Assembly (NCBI GenBank): GCA_963675785.1 | Contig: OY776562.1 | Location: forward strand, 1,472,001 to 1,536,000 | Reading direction: 5' to 3' | Origin: Anaerolineae bacterium | GTDB lineage: Bacteria; Chloroflexota; Anaerolineae; UBA1429 | Length of the DNA stretch: 64,000 nt | Shown here: positions 49,104 to 57,501 of the stretch, piece after piece | Layout: every line of letters begins with the position of its first letter | Numbering within the stretch: position 1 is the stretch's first letter | Notes under the pieces: model-generated | The model's input: the letters and a program-made list of their open reading frames with translations, nothing else | Database searches by the model: none | What the model was told of the DNA's origin: nothing | Translations under genes and position numbers: made by a program

Positions 49104-50450
49104 TTACCCGCGTTCAGCCAGCGGCACATACTCGCTGCGCTCAACCACGCTCTTGTAGGCCGGACGCATAATCTTTCCGCCGACGATGACCTCTTCCAAC
49201 CGATGGGCGCACCAGCCGGCCACGCGTGAAACAGCAAACAGCGGCGCGTACAGGTCAGAAGGGATGCCCAGAATATCATAGACAAACCCACTGAAAAAGT
49301 CCACGTTGGCCGAGAGCACCTGATCTGTGTGCTTGACCTCGCGGAAAACCTCGGGCGCCAGGCGCTCTACCAGCAGATAGAGGTCCATCTCGGCGCTGCG
49401 GCCCTTTTCCTCGGCAAGCTTGACGCCAATCTCGCTAAGAAGCACGGCACGAGGATCGCTGGCGGTGTACACCGCATGGCCCACGCCATAGATGAGGCCG
49501 CTCTTGTCAAAAGCCTGCCGGTTGAGCAGCGCCCTTAGATAATCACGCACGGCGTTCTCGTCGGTCCAATCCCCCACACTGACCTTGAGGTCGTCCATCA
49601 TCCGGGCCACTTCCAGCGTCGCGCCGCCATGCTTGGGCCCCTTGAGCGAGCCAATCGCCGCAGTGATGGCCGAATAGGTATCGGTGCCGGTGGTCGAGAC
49701 CACGTGCGTGGTAAAGGTCGAGTTGTTGCCGCCGCCGTGTTCGGCGTGAATCATCATCATCACGTCGAGGGTGTGCGCCTCGAGGTCGGTGTATTCGCTG
49801 TTATCGCGCACCAGGTGCAGCAAGTTCTCAGAATGCGACAGGCGCGGATCAATCTTGTGGATGACCAGGCTCTGGTTGAGGTAATAGTGGCTCTTCACCT
49901 GGTAGCCATAGGCGGCCATCACCGGCATCCGCGCGATGAGGGCGATGCTCTGCCGCACAATATTCTCGACGCTGTTATCGTCAGGGTTGTCATCATAGGC
50001 ATAGAGCGAGAGCACGCTGTGCGCTAACTTGTTCATCAGGTCGGGGCTGGGCGTGCGCATAATGTTGTCTTCCAGCAGGCTGCCGGGCAGCTTGTAATAG
50101 GAGGCCAACAGTTTCTTGAATTCCTCCAACTGCGTAGCGGTAGGCAATTGCCCAAACAGCAGCAAAAAGGCGACCTCTTCATAACCCATGCGCTTTTCGG
50201 CGAGTGCGGCGGTGACCAGGTCTTCCAGGCTATAGCCGCGATAAAAGAGCTGGCCGGGTACTGGCACACGTTCACGCTCGTCAACAAGGTATCCGTGCAC
50301 ATCGCCGACCTCGGTAAGCCCCACGAGCACGCCGGTGCCGTTTTCGTTACGCAGACCTCGCTTGACCTGATAAAGCGTATAAAGCTCGGGCGCTATCTGG
50401 TTGTTCTGCCGCGCCAATGTGGATAGCTCTTGCATGAAATCAGTCGTCAT
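49104..50450 (-). CDS. gltA: Citrate (or 2-methylcitrate) synthase, copy 2
   Basis: Same length (448 aa) and mostly identical to 41256..42602. Confidence 0.9.
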   Translation of the reverse strand: MTTDFMQELSTLARQNNQIAPELYTLYQVKRGLRNENGTGVLVGLTEVGDVHGYLVDERERVPVPGQLFYRGYSLEDLVTAALAEKRMGYEEVAFLLLFGQLPTATQLEEFKKLLASYYKLPGSLLEDNIMRTPSPDLMNKLAHSVLSLYAYDDNPDDNSVENIVRQSIALIARMPVMAAYGYQVKSHYYLNQSLVIHKIDPRLSHSENLLHLVRDNSEYTDLEAHTLDVMMMIHAEHGGGNNSTFTTHVVSTTGTDTYSAITAAIGSLKGPKHGGATLEVARMMDDLKVSVGDWTDENAVRDYLRALLNRQAFDKSGLIYGVGHAVYTASDPRAVLLSEIGVKLAEEKGRSAEMDLYLLVERLAPEVFREVKHTDQVLSANVDFFSGFVYDILGIPSDLYAPLFAVSRVAGWCAHRLEEVIVGGKIMRPAYKSVVERSEYVPLAERG

Positions 50451-50636
50451 CTGGATCCATCCTTGCCTGATGGTGCGGGTGTGCTGCTTGGATCAATCTC
50501 TGCATGTGAGAGGTGCGCGGCATCGCGCAGGATCGCGGTAGTGCGAAAGAGGTTACTTATTGTGCATAGTATATAACAGATGGGGTGCGTTTGAAAAGGG
50601 GCATTGTGAAGGGTGTCGTAACGCCCCTGCCCCAAC

Positions 50637-51110
50637 CTATTCTACCAGCCCACAGCGCAGCAGAATCAACACACGATCCTCTTCAGGAGCAGCGAGCATC
50701 TGCACGCTCATACCATCTTGCTCCCAAACGATGAGTCCGCCAGCAAAGCTGGAATAGACATCCAGCGCCTTGTGCCAATCCCCAACAGGCGCATACTCGC
50801 GATAATAGCCAAATACCTCAGAGCAGGTAGCATCAGCTGTGTAGATGGCCAGATCGCCATCCGCTACGCCCGAGTTCATCGCCATTTGCTCGATAAACGA
50901 GACCAGCTCGGCGGGGTCGCGCTCTGCCGTCACCGCGTCAGGGTAGACCGGAACCCCCTCCAAACAAGTAGGCACGGGGGTAGGCGTAGGCATGTGGGTA
51001 GCGGTGGGTAACGGCTCGACAGCAGAAGCAATCGGTGAGGAAATCTCGGGGCCATTGGGTGTGCAGGCAGCCAAGAGCAGCAAGCAGACAAGAATCGCAA
51101 TCGTCTTCAT
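50637..51110 (-). CDS. Lipoprotein with Pro/Thr linker
   Basis: Lipobox LAAC; GGAGGGAG RBS. Confidence 0.78.
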   Translation of the reverse strand: MKTIAILVCLLLLAACTPNGPEISSPIASAVEPLPTATHMPTPTPVPTCLEGVPVYPDAVTAERDPAELVSFIEQMAMNSGVADGDLAIYTADATCSEVFGYYREYAPVGDWHKALDVYSSFAGGLIVWEQDGMSVQMLAAPEEDRVLILLRCGLVE

Positions 51111-51333
51111 GATCTCCCTCCCCAGAGTCGCAATGCGAAACTGTGGCTGCTATCAGCAGGGGCCATGAGCTATCGACGCTGCTTGTTATTCCATTCTAGA
51201 ACATGCAGTAGCAAAGGTCAATGGGCGATAGAAAGGGGCTAACCGCCGCAGGCGGCAGCCCGAAAGCCAGCGGTACGCGATTCGTATTGCCTTCTCTATG
51301 CAACATCCTATAATCGGGCAAGAGAGGAAGGCG

Positions 51334-51789
51334 ATGGAAGAGCACTTGTTCACAATTGGTTACGAGCAACTCGACACAACACGTTTGATCGCCGAGCTGC
51401 GCGCTTGTGGTATTCATACCCTGGTCGATGTGCGCGAGCTGCCTCTTAGCCGCAAACCCGGGTTGAGCAAAAACGGCCTCAAGCAGGTTCTGGCCGAAAA
51501 CGGCATAGCTTACTGGCACCTTCGCGCTCTGGGCTGTCCCCGTGAAATTCGCCACGCCTATCGCGCCGATCACGATCGCCAGCGTTACACCAGCGCTTTT
51601 CTCGCCTACTTGGCCACCCAGCAAGAGGCCGTCGACGAACTGGCCCAATATGTCGTCAATCATCGTTGTGCACTATTGTGTTACGAGGCCGACGCCGCCA
51701 CCTGCCATCGCAGCTATATCGCCGATGCCGTCCAACAGGCGCTGGCTCCCCAACCCCTACAGATCGTCCACCTCCGCCCGCAGGCATAA
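51334..51789 (+). CDS. DUF488 family protein
   Basis: FTIGYE, LVDVRELPLSRKPG, LG.P, LLCYE....CHR. Confidence 0.88.
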   Translation: MEEHLFTIGYEQLDTTRLIAELRACGIHTLVDVRELPLSRKPGLSKNGLKQVLAENGIAYWHLRALGCPREIRHAYRADHDRQRYTSAFLAYLATQQEAVDELAQYVVNHRCALLCYEADAATCHRSYIADAVQQALAPQPLQIVHLRPQA

Positions 51790-52036
51790 TCAGTCAAAAA
51801 ACCTACCTACATCACCATGAACGCAAGATGCGTAGGTCTCAGGGCCTGCGCAAATAACACCGCCTGTACTCGAACAAACCAAGATCCCGCTTTGCGCAAT
51901 CTCCAACGAGCCTTCGTCCATCGCCAGCACGTTACCATAGCGTTTGCTGATCTACTCGTACTGAACAGCTGTAGAAGGAATATGTGAAGAAGTCATTTGG
52001 AGGAGTAAGCAACACACATGAGCAAATCACTACGGA

Positions 52037-52909
52037 TCAGGAGGCGGATTGATTAGTTCTATTACGGCGCAAAGCCATATAGGATATGTAAATCTTACGA
52101 AGCAACATAAGCAGAAATAAGTAAAAAAAGATAAATATAAAAAATGAAATAAAAAATAAAAATAGCAAATTGACGGAAAAACCAGATATAATAAATCCCT
52201 TTATAGAGCTAGGAATATCCGGATTCTTCACCCACTCTGCAGACAAAGTTTTTGCCTGAGTCAGTATGCTAGACCCATCAATACAATAGAGAAGAGAGCT
52301 ATGTATAGCCGCTAGCCCAATTCCACCAATCAGGATGTTGTTTGCTGCTTGATTATCTTCCTGATGTATCTGTCGCTTGGCCATCAAAGCTTCATTAGAT
52401 CCCTTATTACCGAAACCTATTTGAGGCACAGCCACTTCTCCGTCACAGATACACTTGAGCTGAATTTGTTTGCCAGGTAACATCGTATTGAAATTGACTA
52501 CCACTTTATCTTGATCTACTTCAATGACGATATCCTTATGCTCCGCTTCTGCACCATCAAGATATGCATCAAGGAATCTAGTTTCGGTCGAGAATTCTAA
52601 AACTAGGGGGCAAAGCCCTTGATAGTCATTTATGGGAAACTCGCGATGATTTTTCAGTTGACACGAGAAAACAAAAGGATCCGACACCCTTTCACCATCG
52701 AAAAACATTTCTAAAGCCCCATCTTCTTCAAAAGATGGTTTTGTTTCAGCAAGGACGCCCAATTCGAATGGAGCATCAAAACTATACAGAAGCACGGCAT
52801 CCCGACGGCTTCTATAATTTTTGATCTTTATTTTAATTAAATAGATAAAATATAGAAAAATAACTAGCAACAATAGTAACAGAGATACATCATCAAATGA
52901 AAGAGTCAT
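52037..52909 (-). CDS. AT-rich membrane protein (TM, Ig-like beta domain, TMs)
   Basis: Same architecture as 52951..53718 and weak similarity to it. Confidence 0.65.
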   Translation of the reverse strand: MTLSFDDVSLLLLLLVIFLYFIYLIKIKIKNYRSRRDAVLLYSFDAPFELGVLAETKPSFEEDGALEMFFDGERVSDPFVFSCQLKNHREFPINDYQGLCPLVLEFSTETRFLDAYLDGAEAEHKDIVIEVDQDKVVVNFNTMLPGKQIQLKCICDGEVAVPQIGFGNKGSNEALMAKRQIHQEDNQAANNILIGGIGLAAIHSSLLYCIDGSSILTQAKTLSAEWVKNPDIPSSIKGFIISGFSVNLLFLFFISFFIFIFFYLFLLMLLRKIYISYMALRRNRTNQSAS

Positions 52910-52950
52910 AAAAATACCTTTACTATTTTCAAAGATTATCTAGTGGATGA

Positions 52951-53718
52951 TCAATCAATATCGTTTTTTTTATTGATAGAGGAAAGAACAAAACCTATCA
53001 AGTTACCAAAATCTGAAATCAAGCCAAATCCCAAGAAAAGAAATAAAAATAAATAAATTATAAAATAAGGAATAAGATCTCTACCAAAAACGCATATAGA
53101 AAATATTCCGACCAAACCTCTACAACCAATGTATATGAAAAATGTAAGGATCAAAGAAGCAAAAAAACTCAAGATGGGGTCTATAGTTATAATTGGTCTA
53201 CGAACTCGATACCCCCATTGCATTTTCACAAGCTTTCGAATTTTTCCCATGTGAAATTTGATTTGGGGAATAGTTATAGGTCCCTCACATACAAGAAGAA
53301 GATAAAACCGATTTCCTGGATTCAACAAAGGAAAATCTACAGTAACGTCATTAAGATCAGAGTTTACAGTGACTTTCATACATTCTGGTATCTTTTTTAC
53401 CAGACTCACGTCGAGAAGTCGAACACCTAGAGGGAATTCAAGAGTAACGGGTATAGATATTTGTTCTTTTGTAATATCTGTATTACCGATGTTTTCTAGT
53501 CTGCATTCGAAAACAAAAACGTTCGATACTTCTTGTCCTTTATATTTGACAACAAGAGACGATGCTGCCCTCAAAGATTGATCAATCCGATGCTGTGAGA
53601 TGAGTTCAACTTGCTCACTGAAAGCATATGCAAGAGAATCCCTGGGGTGTTTAAATACTTTCAATGCTTCTGGCAGGAGAGCAGCCAATATTGTTATAAT
53701 AAGATCATGTATATTCAA
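52951..53718 (-). CDS. AT-rich membrane protein (beta domain plus two C-terminal TMs)
   Basis: LENIGNTDI..PVTLEF..FPLLNPG; AAGGTG RBS. Confidence 0.68.
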   Translation of the reverse strand: MNIHDLIITILAALLPEALKVFKHPRDSLAYAFSEQVELISQHRIDQSLRAASSLVVKYKGQEVSNVFVFECRLENIGNTDITKEQISIPVTLEFPLGVRLLDVSLVKKIPECMKVTVNSDLNDVTVDFPLLNPGNRFYLLLVCEGPITIPQIKFHMGKIRKLVKMQWGYRVRRPIITIDPILSFFASLILTFFIYIGCRGLVGIFSICVFGRDLIPYFIIYLFLFLFLGFGLISDFGNLIGFVLSSINKKNDID

Positions 53719-53826
53719 TAGAAATCACCTTAATAATGTTTTTTTATGAATTTAAGCATATTGGTAAGAAAGTAGTCAGTAAAGTGGGTTAACGTTAGTA
53801 TATTCACATGAATTCAGCGGTCACCT

Positions 53827-54057
53827 TAGCGCATCGGGTTGAACCCCGATGCCACCCAACGAACCCTGGCCCTGCGGACAGGCTCAACCCCACACTCCCT
53901 AGCCTCCGATTTATCGGATGGTTCGCAGACCTAGCACCCAGCCTTGCAAAGCAAGACAGTTCAGCCTGGTGCGTTAATCCCCTGCTTTACCTCCGAAGGA
54001 GGTGCCTATCCTAGGCCGGCGACGCAAGGCGTCGCAGACGCCAAGTCCCGGCCAAAT
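53827..54057 (+). repeat. REP/BIME-like mosaic hairpin cluster F
   Basis: GCATCGGGTTGAACCCCGATGC; CTCCCTAGCCTCCGA.. module shared with 48890; GCTTTACCTCCGAAGGAGG..CCTATCCTAGGCCGG..CGCAGACGCCAAGTCCCGGCCAA shared with 56159. Confidence 0.8.
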
Positions 54058-54089
54058 GGCATAATGAGACCCATCGCGACAAGAAAAGC

Positions 54090-54710
54090 TCAATTCACCA
54101 ATTCTTTCACCTTAGGATTAGCCAGTTCTTCAAAGATTTGATCTGCTCCCCATGCTTGTGCAGCTGCAAAAGCGCATCTACGTTCTTGGTCATATGTCAA
54201 TTTGCCTGCCGCCTTATAAACCAAATCATGGTTGGCCTCAGCCCAAGCATGCTGAAAAAGCGTAACCACTTGAAGCTCAAAAAACTCGGGCTCCTCTACT
54301 CTGAATCGCTTCTTGACACGAGGGGGAATAAGGAACACAAAATGTTTACCCTCATACCCAAATTGCCAAGGACACTCTATGATATGCTCGTTGTCTTCAA
54401 TTGGGTTATAGTAATCACACAATGCATTTCGTATTGTATCAACATCAGACTTGTAAAAGACTATGACCCTAGCACCTATTTGATCCTGTATCTGAATTAA
54501 TGGATGGGAATACTTCGGAATACCGGGAGCTTTTTGTTTTTGCGCCTTTTCAAGAAATCTATCAACGCTCTTAGCGCGTGCACAGATACGGTCGATATGA
54601 GAAAAACCATTTAGCTGCCGCTTTAAATCAGCCTCAAGACGCTCAGCCACCGGAACCAACACATCCTCAAAACGCCGCGAATAGGTTTCTTCCAGATTTT
54701 CTGAGCTCAT
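54090..54710 (-). CDS. Small alarmone synthetase (stand-alone RelA/SpoT domain)
   Basis: RAKSVDRFLEK, IQDQIGARVI, GYEGKH, ELQVVTLFQHAWAEANHDLVYK. Confidence 0.88.
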   Translation of the reverse strand: MSSENLEETYSRRFEDVLVPVAERLEADLKRQLNGFSHIDRICARAKSVDRFLEKAQKQKAPGIPKYSHPLIQIQDQIGARVIVFYKSDVDTIRNALCDYYNPIEDNEHIIECPWQFGYEGKHFVFLIPPRVKKRFRVEEPEFFELQVVTLFQHAWAEANHDLVYKAAGKLTYDQERRCAFAAAQAWGADQIFEELANPKVKELVN

Positions 54711-55711
54711 AGTCGCTTAACCAGCCTTTGCCGAACTATATGCCCTGTCGTCGTATATTGGACAAGCCCTTCCTGAAGGTTGACTATCTCCTTTTTAAAG
54801 GCTTCATTGAAATCCTGGGATGTGGCACTCAAGTATGCGCCATTATCGAGTATGACCCGAACATATGGAAGATATTTTTCAAGCGTTTCCTCGTCAACCT
54901 CAAAATACTCGTCAGCTATATCGGAGCTCTCCAGACAACTAATAACGAGATCAGAGGTTTCTTCCTCAATACCATACTGCTCAAGTACTCCACGAATAGA
55001 GATTGTCTTCCCTTTAAGACTGGGCAAGAGCAAAGCCATACTGACTAATTGATCCTGGATGTCAGGATCTTTAGCAAGTGCTGTCGCTTCCCTAAGAGCG
55101 TCCGTAAGGATAATCGTACCATCCACAGAAGTCGTTTGTCTCACTGAAGAGAGAAATTCTTGGGACCAGTAATCTGCTATACCAGACTGCTGACGATCCT
55201 GGGCTTTTCCAGTCCAAAAGCTCCCCAAGATCGCCAAACCCTGATATACAGCTGATTTGTAGTGCTTTGAATTCTTCATGAAAACCCGTTCAACAAACTG
55301 AACGCTAAGGCTATCTTGATCAATATCAGCCAAAACACCTTGATCTGCCGGAAAACGCGAAAACATGACCTTATGTTTTTCCCCATCGCAACCATGAACG
55401 AGAAAGAGCAAACCTAATTTAGAGCGACCCGTCGTGTAGGAACAAAGACGTCTAGCTATAGGCTCTGAAGTTAAGCCGCTAGGACTAGAAACAAAATCCA
55501 GAATTAACCCACGAGCCTCGTTAGATTGAGTGCCGTCCTCTGATTTAAACATAATCGAGATATTACAGTCGTGTTCTGCTTTGTCGTAGATATCTTTGAG
55601 CATCTCAAAGAGCTGTCCCGACAACGGGATTTCAGTCCCTCGCAGTGGCTCAAGATCCTTCTCCCCTTTTCCCGGCGGAACCAGATAACTGAAAATGTGA
55701 TCGATGTCCAT
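54707..55711 (-). CDS. Hypothetical protein, possibly related to the nucleoid-associated NdpA/YejK fold, coupled to the alarmone synthetase
   Basis: AGGAG RBS; 4-nt overlap with the SAS gene. IARRL..GLLFLV and YKSAVY..QD....DYW..EFL are reminiscent of that fold (weak evidence). Confidence 0.7.
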   Translation of the reverse strand: MDIDHIFSYLVPPGKGEKDLEPLRGTEIPLSGQLFEMLKDIYDKAEHDCNISIMFKSEDGTQSNEARGLILDFVSSPSGLTSEPIARRLCSYTTGRSKLGLLFLVHGCDGEKHKVMFSRFPADQGVLADIDQDSLSVQFVERVFMKNSKHYKSAVYQGLAILGSFWTGKAQDRQQSGIADYWSQEFLSSVRQTTSVDGTIILTDALREATALAKDPDIQDQLVSMALLLPSLKGKTISIRGVLEQYGIEEETSDLVISCLESSDIADEYFEVDEETLEKYLPYVRVILDNGAYLSATSQDFNEAFKKEIVNLQEGLVQYTTTGHIVRQRLVKRL

Positions 55712-56019
55712 TTCAAGTCACTCCTGCGCTAGAAAAGTGTATTCATCACACAATATCAACGCCGAGAAAAGCTATACATAACATAGAAGGAGTATAACAA
55801 TAAACCAGAGATTTTCAATGGGAAGCCTCCAATAACGCGCATCTATACTGGCAATTTCGAACCATACCAAGCTAAACCAGAAATTACACAGGCCAGGCAT
55901 TCCCCTCCCCTCCCAACTCCACCTCTTTCCACCTTCACCCTCTACCAACAGCACCTCCTCTCCGCACACACAAGAACGCCAAACACCCAGGTTCAAAGAC
56001 CTGCAATCAACAAAAGCAT

Positions 56020-56302
56020 CTGCCCTCCGGGCAGATTTTCCTAAGCCGAGGGCTTTAGCCCTCGGGCAGTAAAAACGGAGAGGGTTTGAACCCTCTCCGC
56101 GCGCATTTCTGTCTGTCAGCGTGGGGTTTCAACCCCACGCGCGACGTCCCCACGCCCCGCTTTACCTCCGAAGGAGGCCTATCCTAGGCCGGAGACCCCA
56201 GGCGGTCGCAGACGCCAAGTCCCGGCCAATTGCCCCCACTTTAAGCGCAGCCCTGACAAAGCCAAAGGCTTTGTCAGAGAGAATCGGTCTACCGATTCTC
56301 CC
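56020..56302 (+). repeat. REP/BIME-like mosaic hairpin cluster G
   Basis: CTGCCC..GGGCAGATTTT, CCGAGGGCTTTAGCCCTCGG, GGAGAGGGTTTGAACCCTCTCC, GCGTGGGGTTTCAACCCCACGC, CTGACAAAGCC..GGCTTTGTCAG, GAGAATCGG-n4-CCGATTCTC. Confidence 0.85.
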
Positions 56303-56355
56303 ACAAAAACCCCTCCCCTCCACGTGGTACCTCAACAGAAAGGAGGAACCCCACC

Positions 56356-57501
56356 TTGACCCTCTGGCAACAACGCCTCGCCGACCGCCTCTTTGGCAAA
56401 ATCATCCAAGAACGCATCACCCAGGCCGTCAAGGCCGTCGACGACGCCCAATGGCGCGCCGTCAACACCCCGCCCCTCGGCACCGATCGCCCCTGGCACG
56501 AGCACATCCAAGAGCTCGAACGCATCGAGCGCCTCTGCCACACCAACCCCCTCGCCAGCCGCATCATCTCCCTCACCACCGATTTCGTCGTCGGTCGCGG
56601 CGCCACCCTGCAGGCGCCCCAGCACCTTCACGATTTTTGGCATCATCCCCAAAACGACCTCGACCGCCGCCTCTACCGCTGGTGCGACGAACTCGCCCGC
56701 AGCGGAGAGCTCTTTCTCGTGCTCAGCCGCGTCCCCGGCAGCGGACTCTCCTACATCCGCGAGATCCCCGCCCGCTGCATCGACCGCATCGAAACCAACC
56801 CCCACGATCTCGAAGACGAGCAGCGCTATCACCAGCTCACCGCAAATGTCGATGGCCGCTGGTGGCCGGCTGCTGCCCGTCCCGGTCGCCCCCTCTGCCC
56901 CGATGACCAGGTCATGCTCCACTACGCCGTCAATCGTCCCCTCGGGGCCCTGCGCGGCCGCTCTGATCTGGCCCAACTCACCGACTGGCTAGAGCACTAC
57001 ACCATGTGGCTAGAGGATCGCGTGCGCATCAACCGCTACAAATCCGCCTACCTCTGGCACGTCACCATCAAAAACCCCACCCGCGGCGCCATCCAGGCCA
57101 AACAATCCCAATACGCCCGACCGCCCCAGCCCGGCAGCATCATCATCAGCGATGACAGCGAGATCTGGGAAGCCCTCAGCCCCCACATCGACGCCCCCTC
57201 CGTCGAGGACGACGGCCGCGCCCTGCGCCTCATGATCGCCGCTGGAGCCGGTGTGCCCCTTCACTACCTGGCCGAAACCGAATCCGCCACCCGCGCCACC
57301 GCCCGCGAACAGGCCGCCCCCACCTTTCGCCATTTCGCCCACCGTCAGGCCCTTTTCAGCCGCATCATCGAGGACCTGCTCCGTGTCGCCAGTCGCCGCG
57401 CCGGTCATCCTGAAACCGCCAGTGACCCCGACATCCACGTATCCTTCGAGCCCGTCGAGACTACCGAGAATGCGGACACCTCAGGAGACGAGCATGACTA
57501 A
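56356..57501 (+). CDS. Phage portal-like protein
   Basis: AAGGAGG RBS before TTG; NPLASRII..DFVVGRG, ELARSGELF, RGRSDL, IAAGAGVP.H.L are typical portal segments. Confidence 0.78.
   Translation: MTLWQQRLADRLFGKIIQERITQAVKAVDDAQWRAVNTPPLGTDRPWHEHIQELERIERLCHTNPLASRIISLTTDFVVGRGATLQAPQHLHDFWHHPQNDLDRRLYRWCDELARSGELFLVLSRVPGSGLSYIREIPARCIDRIETNPHDLEDEQRYHQLTANVDGRWWPAAARPGRPLCPDDQVMLHYAVNRPLGALRGRSDLAQLTDWLEHYTMWLEDRVRINRYKSAYLWHVTIKNPTRGAIQAKQSQYARPPQPGSIIISDDSEIWEALSPHIDAPSVEDDGRALRLMIAAGAGVPLHYLAETESATRATAREQAAPTFRHFAHRQALFSRIIEDLLRVASRRAGHPETASDPDIHVSFEPVETTENADTSGDEHD

Noticed and set aside
40670-56302. Palindromic repeats as a CRISPR array or integron attC sites
   Set aside because: No constant repeat-spacer period, no cas or intI gene in the window, and no consistent RYYYAAC/GTTRRRY ends; the modules are mosaic and dispersed.
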